DNA of 64,000 nt from an uncultured Gemmatimonadaceae bacterium (GCA_964350145.1 CAYGJL010000001.1:25209-89208), one strand, 5' to 3'. Shown: positions 17,862 through 26,611, numbered from the stretch's first letter. The notes: a model not told the origin generated them from the letters alone. Program-made: numbers and translations.

Positions 17862-18923
17862 ATGGAAATTCCCCGGACGATGAAAGCCGCGATCCTGGTT
17901 GAGCTGCAGCGCCCTCTGGTCGTGGACGAAGTGGAGCTGCCGACGCGGCTCGAAGCTGGCCAGGTACTGGTCAGGATACTGTACAGCGGCATTTGCGGCT
18001 CGCAGCTCGGCGAGATAGACGGCTCGAAGGGGGAGGACAAGTATTTGCCCCACCTGCTGGGGCACGAGGCATCCGGAACCGTGCAGGCAGTCGGGCCCGG
18101 CGTACGATACGTCGCGCCGGGCGACGCCGTAGTCCTCCACTGGCGGAAGGGTCGCGGCATTGACTCCGTTCCCCCCAGCTACAAGTGGAAGGGCGGGACC
18201 CTGAACGCAGGCCATATCGCGACGTTCAACGAGTACGCGATCGTATCGGAGAATCGCGCCACGAAGATCGATTCATCGTACGACATGGAGACGGCCGCGC
18301 TGTTCGGGTGCGCGGTGACGACTGGTTTTGGCGTGGTGGAGAACAACGCGAAGGTGAAGTGCGGCGAGTCGGTGGTCGTGTTCGGAGCCGGCGGAGTCGG
18401 GCTAAACATCGTGCAGGCCGCCGCCATCCGCGGCGCGTATCCCATCATCGCGCTGGACCTCCACGACGGACGACTCGACCTGGCGCGGCAGTTCGGCGCG
18501 ACGCACACGATCAACTCCGGGCGAACCGAAGCACGGGCAGCCATTCTCGAAGCTCTTGGCGGCATACAAGTGGATGTGTTCGTTGACAACACCGGCCAGC
18601 CGGCCATCATCGAGTTGGGTTACGGGCTGACGGGACCGCAGGGCCGCGTCATTCTCGTCGGGGTTCCGCGGAAGGGAAGGAACGTGACCCTCTACTCCCT
18701 CCCGCTGCACTTCGGCAAAGTGATGACGGGCTCCCACGGCGGAGAGGCGAGTCCGGATGAGGACATTCCACGGTATCACAGGCTCGTGACTGCCGGACGG
18801 ATACAACTCAAGCCGCTCATCACGGACCGGTTCCGCCTCGACGACATCAACATCGCGATCGGGAAGATGCGCAGCGGGGAAGTCAGCGGCCGGTGTTCGA
18901 TCGCGATGTCCCCGTCCCCGTAG
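17862..18923 (+). CDS. Zinc-dependent medium-chain alcohol/polyol dehydrogenase
   Basis: CGSQ...LLGHEASGTV (catalytic Zn ligands) and VVFGAGGVGLNIVQAA (GxGxxG). Start ATG 17862. Confidence 0.8.
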   Translation: MEIPRTMKAAILVELQRPLVVDEVELPTRLEAGQVLVRILYSGICGSQLGEIDGSKGEDKYLPHLLGHEASGTVQAVGPGVRYVAPGDAVVLHWRKGRGIDSVPPSYKWKGGTLNAGHIATFNEYAIVSENRATKIDSSYDMETAALFGCAVTTGFGVVENNAKVKCGESVVVFGAGGVGLNIVQAAAIRGAYPIIALDLHDGRLDLARQFGATHTINSGRTEARAAILEALGGIQVDVFVDNTGQPAIIELGYGLTGPQGRVILVGVPRKGRNVTLYSLPLHFGKVMTGSHGGEASPDEDIPRYHRLVTAGRIQLKPLITDRFRLDDINIAIGKMRSGEVSGRCSIAMSPSP

Positions 18924-20032
18924 GATCCCCATTGCAGGCGGTTAGCGACCGACTCGCCGAACGAAGGAGAAAGCGCGCCCTGAAGCGCTTGCCGTTTCGC
19001 GAAGTCAGCGACGCGGCAGCGGGGGTCGACAATCTCAGCGGTCCGGTCAAGGCTGCGCGGCTGCTCACCCGGTACCTGGTGAGGGCAGCCGGTTATCGGT
19101 CTGCCGGGACGATCCTTCGCGTCGTGCTGCGGGGGTTCGGCCCCACGCGCGCCGGGGACCGAACCGGGACACGGGAATACGTCCGATACCTGCTGGAGGT
19201 AAACCGGCTCCGGGTCGAGTACCTCGAGCGGCTGTGCGCGGGCGATCTTCACGGCGCCGTGCAAAGCAAGATCCGGTGGGCGGAGCATGTAATCGCCCGC
19301 TCGCGCAGCACGCTATCCCGCTGGGATGCGCGCAACTATCTGGCCCTGCTCGCGCGACATGGCCACTACGCGGGCGTGGAAGGTCGTTGCGCTGTCCGGA
19401 TCGAGCGGAGGACGGACAGGAAGTTTTACATCTACGGGCCGAACGCCGGGCACCCGCCCGACGAGAAGTACCGCGACTACACCCTTGTCATAACCAAGCC
19501 CGTGGAGCTCGATCTGCGCGCCTTCACCGACAAGATGCTGTTCATCAACAGCATGTACTACGCGAAGCTCGCGCGCGAGCCGGGTCTACGGGAGAGCATC
19601 GTGCGCGAGTACGGCACCATCTTCGTCAGCTGCCGTGAGGCGGAGCTGTCGGAGCCTTTTGTCCGCTCGAAGTTTCCGCTCGGCGGCGACATCGCGTCGG
19701 CGCAGGGCCTCGGGAGGGTGATATACAATCTCCTGCGGACGTACGGCCGGTTCACGTGTGTGATCGAGGGGTTTGACATGTACGTGGGGAAGAGAACCTA
19801 CGCACCTTACTACCCGCATCTGGGGCGCGACAGCAAGGCGATGGTCAGCGAGCGATCTGCCTGCAACGGGCTCAAGGATCATGACGCGCTGTTCAATTTC
19901 TTGTACGTGAAGGAACTGGCCGGGATGCTGGAGGTAGTGGATTCGCTTGCGTTCAAGCGCCTCGTGGGGCTGAGTGGCACACAGTACTTGGACGAACTGG
20001 CCCTGGCCCGGGATTTCACGTCGCTGTGCTGA
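18893..20032 (+). CDS. Orphan protein, no family recognised; C-terminal half has a Cst-II (GT42)-like motif order (tentative)
   Basis: A 379-codon ORF fills the only otherwise unassigned + strand space here, with codon style like its neighbours. FYIYGPNAG..., GRVIYNLLRTYGRFTCVIEGFDMYVG, KDHDALFNFLYVKEL are discussed in findings. Confidence 0.45.
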   Translation: MFDRDVPVPVGSPLQAVSDRLAERRRKRALKRLPFREVSDAAAGVDNLSGPVKAARLLTRYLVRAAGYRSAGTILRVVLRGFGPTRAGDRTGTREYVRYLLEVNRLRVEYLERLCAGDLHGAVQSKIRWAEHVIARSRSTLSRWDARNYLALLARHGHYAGVEGRCAVRIERRTDRKFYIYGPNAGHPPDEKYRDYTLVITKPVELDLRAFTDKMLFINSMYYAKLAREPGLRESIVREYGTIFVSCREAELSEPFVRSKFPLGGDIASAQGLGRVIYNLLRTYGRFTCVIEGFDMYVGKRTYAPYYPHLGRDSKAMVSERSACNGLKDHDALFNFLYVKELAGMLEVVDSLAFKRLVGLSGTQYLDELALARDFTSLC

Positions 20033-20056
20033 CTATCCTTACTTTCATGACTATCC
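20030..20056. repeat. 9-bp direct repeat TGACTATCC x2 (18 bp start to start) in the largest AT-richer intergenic gap
   Basis: Read directly: TGACTATCC at 20030-20038 (includes the upstream TGA stop) and again at 20048-20056. Confidence 0.9.
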
Positions 20057-20062
20057 ACGAAT

Positions 20063-21649
20063 TTGGCGCGCAACGCCCGGTCTCCCCTGGACGGACCGCG
20101 CGCGCGCCCATTCCGATCAATACGGTTAGTGCATAATAAGATTCTCGATCTGGACGAGCTCGCCCGCCAGTTGGATCAGCTCAGGGCGGAAGGAAAGAAG
20201 GTGGTCTTGTCGCACGGTGTGTTCGACTTGCTGCACGTCGGCCACATCCGGCACTTCGAACAGGCAAAGCGTATGGGCGACGTGCTGGTCGTCACGCTGA
20301 CGCAGGACCAGTTCGTGAACAAGGGGCCGCACCGGCCCGCGTTCCCGGAGAACGTGCGCGCCGAATCGCTGGCCGCTCTACGATCCATAGACTTCGTCGC
20401 CGTCAATCGCTGGCCACGGTCGGTGGAGACCATCCGCCTGCTCAAGCCCGATGTGTACGCCAAGGGGCCGGACTACAAGATCGCCGAGAAGGACATCACC
20501 GGTGGAATCACGGCCGAAGCCGAGGCAATTCGCGAGATCGGCGGCGAGATTCGCTTCACGGAAGATGTGAGCTTCAGCTCGTCGCAGTTGCTGAACAAGT
20601 ACTTCTCGCCGTTCACGAAGGAGGTCGCGGATTATCTGGAAGGATTCCGCAAGCGGTATTCGAGCGACGAGATTCTGGACTGGCTCGACAAGGCGTCCCG
20701 CGTGCGCGCTCTTATCGTCGGCGAGGCGATCATCGACGAGTATCTCTTCTGCACTGGTATCGGCAAGTCTACCAAGGACCCGGTGCTCGCGGTGCTGCAG
20801 GAGTGCATCGAGCCCGTCGCCGGCGGCACGCTCGCGATCGCGAATCACCTCGCCGGGCTGTGTGCCGAGGCCGGACTGCTGACGCAGCTTGGCGAGATCG
20901 ATCGGAGAGAGGAGTTCGTGCGCGGCTCGCTCCGCTCGAACATCCGACCTGTGTTCCTCACCAAGTCGGGCAGCCCGACCGTGCGCAAGCGGCGGATCGT
21001 TGACCAGTACTCGGGCAACAAGCTGCTCGAGGTGTACGTGATGGACGACAAGACCACGCAGGGAGAAGACGCGGTGGCCCTCCGGGGGGCGCTGGAGTCC
21101 GAGCTCGACGCGTGGGATATCGCGATCGTCGCCGACTACGGTCACGGCATGATGACCCCGGCGGCCATTCACACCATGTGCGAGCGCGCCCCGTTCCTCG
21201 CCGTGAACGCCCAGTCCAATGCGGGCAATCGCGGCTTCAACCCGCTGTCGCGCTATAAGCGCGCAAGTTACATGTGCGTCGCCGCGCACGAGGCCCGAAT
21301 GGAGTTGCGCGACCGGAACTGCAACCTGAAGGACGCCGTGCTGGAGATCGCCCGTCGTGTGGACTGCCCGCGCTTCACCGTTACATGCGGCAAGGAGGGG
21401 AGCATTCACTTCGACCGGAGCAGCGGTTTCGTCGAAGCGCCCGCGCTCGCCACCAAGATCGAGGACCGCGTCGGAGCGGGCGACGCCGTCCTCGCGATCA
21501 CCTCGCTGCTGTCGTACCTCGACGCGCCGTGGGAGATCATTGCGTTCCTGGGCAACGTCGCCGGGGCGGAGCTGGTCGGCGAGGTCGGCAGCCGGGTCCC
21601 GCTCAACCGCGTGGACCTCGGCAAACACGTCGTTTCGCTGCTCAAGTAA
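20063..21649 (+). CDS. Bifunctional cytidylyltransferase-fold nucleotidyltransferase (N-terminal) / PfkB-family sugar kinase (C-terminal); HldE/RfaE-like with swapped domain order
   Basis: KVVLSHGVFDLLHVGHIRHFEQAK (HxGH nucleotidyltransferase motif) in the N-terminal ~165 aa. C-terminal EDRVGAGDAVLA (PfkB DxxGAGD signature). Start may be GTG 20129. Confidence 0.75.
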   Translation: MARNARSPLDGPRARPFRSIRLVHNKILDLDELARQLDQLRAEGKKVVLSHGVFDLLHVGHIRHFEQAKRMGDVLVVTLTQDQFVNKGPHRPAFPENVRAESLAALRSIDFVAVNRWPRSVETIRLLKPDVYAKGPDYKIAEKDITGGITAEAEAIREIGGEIRFTEDVSFSSSQLLNKYFSPFTKEVADYLEGFRKRYSSDEILDWLDKASRVRALIVGEAIIDEYLFCTGIGKSTKDPVLAVLQECIEPVAGGTLAIANHLAGLCAEAGLLTQLGEIDRREEFVRGSLRSNIRPVFLTKSGSPTVRKRRIVDQYSGNKLLEVYVMDDKTTQGEDAVALRGALESELDAWDIAIVADYGHGMMTPAAIHTMCERAPFLAVNAQSNAGNRGFNPLSRYKRASYMCVAAHEARMELRDRNCNLKDAVLEIARRVDCPRFTVTCGKEGSIHFDRSSGFVEAPALATKIEDRVGAGDAVLAITSLLSYLDAPWEIIAFLGNVAGAELVGEVGSRVPLNRVDLGKHVVSLLK

Positions 21650-21655
21650 CCGGGA

Positions 21656-22903
21656 GTGAAGGCGGGAGAACACGCGTGCACCCTCTGCGCAGGGCGCGTC
21701 ACTGATCTGCTGGATTTCGGGCCGCAGCCGGTATGCAATCGGTTTCTCCCGGCGCCCGACGCAAATGAATACTCGCATGATCTCGCGCTTGGACAATGCG
21801 AATCGTGCGCTCTCGTCCAGATAGTGGACCCGGTGCCGATAGCGGAGCTCGCGTCGCGGTACGAGTGGGTGGTGTATCGCGAGCCCGAGGATCACCTCGA
21901 CGCTCTAGCGCGCGTCATCGCGGAGCTGCCCGGTATCACGCCCGAGTCGGTGGTGGCCGGGCTCAGCACCGTGGATGACTCGCTGCTCCGCCGGCTGCGC
22001 CAGCTCGGTCTGTCGAGGCAGTGGCGGCTGGACACGGCGATAGACCTGGGAGAGGATGTCTATCCGCCGGGAGTGCAGCTCGTGCAGGCGCGGCTCGACG
22101 CCGGCCTGGCGAGCCGGCTCGCGGCCACGCACGGCCGTCCGGACGTATTGATCGGGCGCTTCCTGCTGGAGCACGCGCAGGACGCGAGCCGGTTCCTCGC
22201 CGGCATCAAGGCGCTGATCGGCGACGGCGGGTACGTGGTCGTGGAAGTGCCGGACTGCCGAAAGGCGCAGGAAACGGGTGACTACAGCGCCGTGTGGGAG
22301 GAGCACGCGCTTTATTTCACCGAAGTGACGCTTCAGGAGGCGTTTCGTCGCTCCGGCTTCGAGGTCGTGCGCTTCGTCGCGTACCCGTACGCCATCCAGG
22401 ATTCGCTCGTCCTCATCGCCAGGCCCACGGCGGCGCCGGCAGCCGCCGCGGACGCCCTAGGCGAGGAGCGGGCCCGCTGGCGGGCCTGGGTGCGGGAGCT
22501 ACCGGGCACGCGCGCGCGGGTCCGGAGATTCCTCGGGGACCGGGCTCGCGGCGGCCGTCTGGCGATGTTCGGAGCGGCGCAGCGCGGGTGCAGCTTCATC
22601 AACCTGCTGGAGCTGCAGAGCGAGCTCCACGCCGTGCTGGACGACGACCCGAGGAAGCAGGGCTACTACATGCCCGGCTCGCGCGCGCCGATCCTGCCGT
22701 CCAGCGCTCTGCAAGACGGCGGTTACACTCTATGCTTGCTGGCGGCGCGCCCGGAGAGCCAGGAGCAGCTGCGCCGGGCGCACGCGTCGTTTTCGAAGGC
22801 GGGCGGATCCTTCATCTCCATCTATCCGGACGCGACGTCCGGCCTGCCACTGCTGACCCACATCGAGACAGGGAAAAATGAAGACCACAAAATTCAATCC
22901 TGA
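21656..22903 (+). CDS. NDP-sugar C-methyltransferase family protein (TylCIII/NovU-like architecture), copy 1, with a divergent SAM motif I
   Basis: N-terminal Zn-ribbon CTLC...CESC followed by FGPQPVCNRFL. C-terminal domain (MFGAAQRGCSFINLL...DDDPRKQGYYMPGS) is typical of the family. The motif I position reads VVAGLSTVDDS instead of the (D/E)IGSNDG type. Confidence 0.7.
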   Translation: MKAGEHACTLCAGRVTDLLDFGPQPVCNRFLPAPDANEYSHDLALGQCESCALVQIVDPVPIAELASRYEWVVYREPEDHLDALARVIAELPGITPESVVAGLSTVDDSLLRRLRQLGLSRQWRLDTAIDLGEDVYPPGVQLVQARLDAGLASRLAATHGRPDVLIGRFLLEHAQDASRFLAGIKALIGDGGYVVVEVPDCRKAQETGDYSAVWEEHALYFTEVTLQEAFRRSGFEVVRFVAYPYAIQDSLVLIARPTAAPAAAADALGEERARWRAWVRELPGTRARVRRFLGDRARGGRLAMFGAAQRGCSFINLLELQSELHAVLDDDPRKQGYYMPGSRAPILPSSALQDGGYTLCLLAARPESQEQLRRAHASFSKAGGSFISIYPDATSGLPLLTHIETGKNEDHKIQS

Positions 22904-23435
22904 AGTCTATTTCGCCGCGGGCGACGTCGTGCACGCGACCCGAAGCGACTTCGAATTCCTGCAGCAAGCGGCCGCGGACAGCCCGCGCCGGCGAGCGCGG
23001 GTGTGCGCCCATAAGGACGCGGAAGAGATATTGCACGAAATGATCGTCGTGCTCAAGCGCGATTCGTACCTCATCCCGGAGAAGCACTTCGTCAAGCGGG
23101 AGTCTTATCACGTCATCGAAGGGCTCGCCGACGTCGTGATCTTCGACGAGGAGGGAGAGATCAAGGACGTGGTGCGCCTGGGCGACTACGGCTCGGGCCG
23201 GAGCTTCTACTTCCGCGTGCGCGCGTCGGACTTCTACCACAGCGTGCTCATTCGCTCGGATCACCTGCTGTACCACGAATCGGCGACCGGCCCCTTCCGG
23301 AAAGAAGACACGTTCGTGGCGCCGTGGGCTCCGCCGGAGAGCGACACGGAAGGAAAGAACGCCTATATGAAGGAGCTCGAGCGGCGGGTTGACGAGTTTC
23401 TCGCGAAGCGCGGGGACGGCGATGCCGCAAGCTGA
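22878..23435 (+). CDS. WbuC-family cupin-fold protein
   Basis: About 185 aa. RRRARVCAHKD...LHEMIVVLKRDSYLIPEKH...ESYHVIEG resembles the WbuC cupin family seen in O-antigen clusters. Confidence 0.6.
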   Translation: MKTTKFNPEVYFAAGDVVHATRSDFEFLQQAAADSPRRRARVCAHKDAEEILHEMIVVLKRDSYLIPEKHFVKRESYHVIEGLADVVIFDEEGEIKDVVRLGDYGSGRSFYFRVRASDFYHSVLIRSDHLLYHESATGPFRKEDTFVAPWAPPESDTEGKNAYMKELERRVDEFLAKRGDGDAAS

Positions 23436-24684
23436 CGCCGGCCCGAAGGCGACCGTCCATCACCGGGACAATTGCCGCCTGTGTACGTCATCGGCGGTCG
23501 AGCTGGTGCTCCCGCTCGCGGCCACGCCGCCCGCGGACGCGTACGTTCCGAGGAGCCGTCTCGCCGAGCCTCAGGACCGGTTCCCGCTGGACCTGTACAT
23601 GTGCCGCGACTGCGGGCATGCCCAGCTGCTCGATGTCGTGGACCCAGAGGTCCTGTTCGGCGATTACATCTACGTCACCACCAGCTCCCCGGGCCTCGTG
23701 GAGCATTTCCGGCAATACGCCGAGTGGCTCGAGACCGAGGCGGGCCCGCTGGATGGGAAGCTCGCAGTGGATATCGGCAGCAATGACGGCACGCTGCTGC
23801 GTTTCCTTCAGGGCAGGGGAATGCGCGCTCTCGGTGTGGATGCCGCGGAGCAGATCGCGCGGGACGCCACCGCGTCGGGAGTCGAGACGATCGGCGGCTT
23901 CTTCACGTCCGGGCTCGGCGCCCGGCTCAAGGTCGAGCGCGGCGCCGCGAGCGTCGTGACAGCGAACAACGTCTTCGCTCATGCCGACGACCTCGGCGAC
24001 ATCGCCGATGGGATCCGGGCGCTGCTCGCGCCTGGCGGCATCTTCGTGTTCGAGGTCTCGTACCTGGTGGATCTGGTCACCGGAAAGGTGTTCGACTACA
24101 TCTACCACGAGCATCTCGCCCATCACTCGGTCCGCCCGCTGCAGGGGTTCCTCAAGCGGCACGGCATGGAGCTCGTGGGAGCGGAGCGCGTCGGAACCAA
24201 GGGCGGCTCGCTCCGCTGCACGGCTCAGTTGGCCGCCGGCCCGCGCAGTCAAACCGCTGGCGTTCGCGAGCTGGTTCGCATCGAGGACGAGCTGCGCGTG
24301 CACGAGCCCGAAACGTTCAAGGCTCTGGCGCGGGAGTTGGACGGCATCAAGTCCCGGCTCGCCGGAATGATCCGCGCTTGGCAAGCGGAGGGAAAGACGA
24401 TCGCCGGCTACGGCGCCTCGGCTACCGTCACGACGCTGGTATATCACTTCGACCTTGGCGATTCGCTGAGCTTCATAGTGGACGACAATCCGCGGAGGCA
24501 GGGACTGTACAGCCCCGGTCTGCACATCCCGGTCGTCGCGCCCGGCGCGCTGTACGAGCGGAAGCCGGATGTGGTGATAATTCTCGCCTGGCGTTTCGCC
24601 GAGCCGATCCTCAAGGCCCACCAGCGTTATCTGAAGCAGGGAGGACGGTTCATCATGCCGCTCCCGGAGATCCGCGTCATTTGA
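23422..24684 (+). CDS. NDP-sugar C-methyltransferase (TylCIII/NovU-like), copy 2, canonical motifs
   Basis: Zn-ribbon CRLC...CRDC, LAVDIGSNDGTLLRF (SAM motif I), FVFEVSYL, C-terminal IAGYGASATVTTL...VDDNPRRQGLYSPG. Confidence 0.8.
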   Translation: MPQADAGPKATVHHRDNCRLCTSSAVELVLPLAATPPADAYVPRSRLAEPQDRFPLDLYMCRDCGHAQLLDVVDPEVLFGDYIYVTTSSPGLVEHFRQYAEWLETEAGPLDGKLAVDIGSNDGTLLRFLQGRGMRALGVDAAEQIARDATASGVETIGGFFTSGLGARLKVERGAASVVTANNVFAHADDLGDIADGIRALLAPGGIFVFEVSYLVDLVTGKVFDYIYHEHLAHHSVRPLQGFLKRHGMELVGAERVGTKGGSLRCTAQLAAGPRSQTAGVRELVRIEDELRVHEPETFKALARELDGIKSRLAGMIRAWQAEGKTIAGYGASATVTTLVYHFDLGDSLSFIVDDNPRRQGLYSPGLHIPVVAPGALYERKPDVVIILAWRFAEPILKAHQRYLKQGGRFIMPLPEIRVI

Positions 24685-24697
24685 GGTTCCTGGCAAA

Positions 24698-25573
24698 ATG
24701 AAGGTTCTGCTGATTGGGGGAAGGGGACAGCTCGCAACCAGCTTGCGGGGGGCGCTGGCGGACGACGAAGTCGTGGCTGCCACCCATGGCGAACTGGAGA
24801 TCTGCGACCGGGCGCAAGTGGACGAGTTTGTGGACAGGCTGCGACCCGACATCGTCGTCAACCCAGCGGCGATTCGGAAGCCGGACGAGTGCGAAGCGAA
24901 CCCGGAGAAAGCCTGGGCGGTGAACGCGCTCGGGCCGCGCAATCTTGCGTTAGCCTGTGAGCGCGTCGGGGCGAAGCTGGTCCACATCAGCACGGACAAC
25001 GTTTTCGACGGCACCGCGTCCGCGCCCTATCTCGAGGGGGACCGGACGAATCCGGTCAACGTATACGGGATCACCAAGCTCGCCGCCGAGCAGTTCGTGA
25101 AGGAGATAGCCGGCCGACACCTCATCGTTCGAACGTCGGCGCTCTTCGGGGGTGCACGCGACCCGGGGCGACCGACTAACTTCGTTATGACTTTGTTACA
25201 GCGAGACGCATCCGGCCTCGACACGCATGTCGTGACGGACCAACAGGTGTCGCCGAGCTACACGGAGGACGTCGCGCGGAAGATCGCCTGGCTCGTCCGG
25301 AAGGAGGTCGAGGGAATCTGTCACGTAGCCAACGCGGGCGATTGCAGCTGGCACGAGTTCGCGGAAGCGGTGTTCGAGCTGGCGGGACTCCGCTCGCGGC
25401 TGATATCGATGACGACCGACAAGCTGGGTAGCCCCGCGAGGCGCCTCAAGTATGCCGTGCTGGGCAACGGCGTGCTCGCCCGGCTCGGCGCTGACGACAT
25501 GCCGTTGTGGCGGGACGCGCTGGAGCGATATCTGCGGGAGCTCGGTGCGCGCTCACCGGCCGCTGTGTCGTGA
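24698..25573 (+). CDS. dTDP-4-dehydrorhamnose reductase (RmlD)-like NDP-4-keto-sugar reductase
   Basis: MKVLLIGGRGQLA, HISTDNVFDG, VYGITKLAAEQ (YxxxK), 291 aa. Confidence 0.75.
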   Translation: MKVLLIGGRGQLATSLRGALADDEVVAATHGELEICDRAQVDEFVDRLRPDIVVNPAAIRKPDECEANPEKAWAVNALGPRNLALACERVGAKLVHISTDNVFDGTASAPYLEGDRTNPVNVYGITKLAAEQFVKEIAGRHLIVRTSALFGGARDPGRPTNFVMTLLQRDASGLDTHVVTDQQVSPSYTEDVARKIAWLVRKEVEGICHVANAGDCSWHEFAEAVFELAGLRSRLISMTTDKLGSPARRLKYAVLGNGVLARLGADDMPLWRDALERYLRELGARSPAAVS

Positions 25574-25621
25574 ACTGGAACGTGCCCGCGCGGCGCGATC
25601 ATCTAAAGAAGAGGAGCTGTA

Positions 25622-26611
25622 GTGAGTAACGAAGATTTCATCGCCATGTACCGGACGATGCGGCTGATCCGGCGGTTCGAGGAGCGAATCGTCGAGTTGG
25701 TCAATCGCAACGAGGTGCCTGGCGTTACGCATGAGTACATCGGGCAGGAAGCTGTGGCGACCGGGGTGTGTCACGCGCTGCAGGTGGACGACGTGATCAC
25801 CAGCACGCACCGCGGGCACGGCCACATCCTGGCCAAGGGCGGCGAGCCGCGGCGAATGATGGCGGAGCTGATGGGCAAGTCCACGGGATACAACAGGGGA
25901 CGTGGCGGGTCCATGCACATCGCCGACCTCGGGCTCGGCATTTACGGCGCCAACGGCATGGTCGGCGGCGGCGTTCCGATCGCGTGCGGCGCCGCGTTTG
26001 CGGCCAAGTCGAACGGCACGGGGCGCGTCGCGGTGGCGTTCTTCGGGGACGGCGGCATCAATCAGGGGGTCGTGCTCGAAGCGATGAACCTAGCCGCCGT
26101 GTGGAAGCTCCCGGTGATCTTTGTGTGCGAGAACAACCGCTACGCCGCGACTACGCCGCTGACCGAAGTGGTCGCCATCGAGCGGCTGGCCGATCGGGCG
26201 GCGGGCTACGGCATGCCCGGCTACACGGTGGACGGCATGGACGTTCTCGCGGTGTACGAGGCTACCGCGAAGGCCGTGGCGCGCGCGCGGGCCGGCGGGG
26301 GACCCACTCTGCTCGAGTGCCTGACGTACCGGTACGTCGGACATTTCACCGCGGAGAAGGCGCGCGGATTCAAGTACCGCACCGAAGAAGAGATCACGGG
26401 CATGAGGCGCCGCGATCCGCTCGTCACTTTTCCCGCGTGGCTCGAGCGGGAGAAGATCTGCGATGTCCCGGCCGTTGACGCCGAAGTGGAGCAGCAACTC
26501 GAGGAAGCGGTACAGTTCGCCCGGGAGAGCAAGGAGTCGGCTCCTGAGGAAGCACTCGAAGGAATGTACGCGGTCACGTATCCTGGTCTTCCTGCGCGGG
26601 GATGGATATGA
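25622..26611 (+). CDS. ThDP-dependent 2-oxoacid dehydrogenase E1 component, alpha subunit (pyruvate/acetoin dehydrogenase type)
   Basis: AAGAGGAG RBS upstream of GTG 25622. YRTMRLIRRFEE, HEYIGQEAV, GGSMH, FFGDGGINQG...CENNRYA (ThDP motif). Confidence 0.85.
   Translation: MSNEDFIAMYRTMRLIRRFEERIVELVNRNEVPGVTHEYIGQEAVATGVCHALQVDDVITSTHRGHGHILAKGGEPRRMMAELMGKSTGYNRGRGGSMHIADLGLGIYGANGMVGGGVPIACGAAFAAKSNGTGRVAVAFFGDGGINQGVVLEAMNLAAVWKLPVIFVCENNRYAATTPLTEVVAIERLADRAAGYGMPGYTVDGMDVLAVYEATAKAVARARAGGGPTLLECLTYRYVGHFTAEKARGFKYRTEEEITGMRRRDPLVTFPAWLEREKICDVPAVDAEVEQQLEEAVQFARESKESAPEEALEGMYAVTYPGLPARGWI

Noticed and set aside
20378-25014. Two minus-strand ORFs of over 500 aa each (20378-21895 and 23488-25014)
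   Set aside because: Both lie antisense to + strand genes with clear signatures (HxGH/PfkB and the C-methyltransferase Zn ribbon plus SAM motif). Low-complexity Arg/Ala-rich composition, no motifs, no independent start context.
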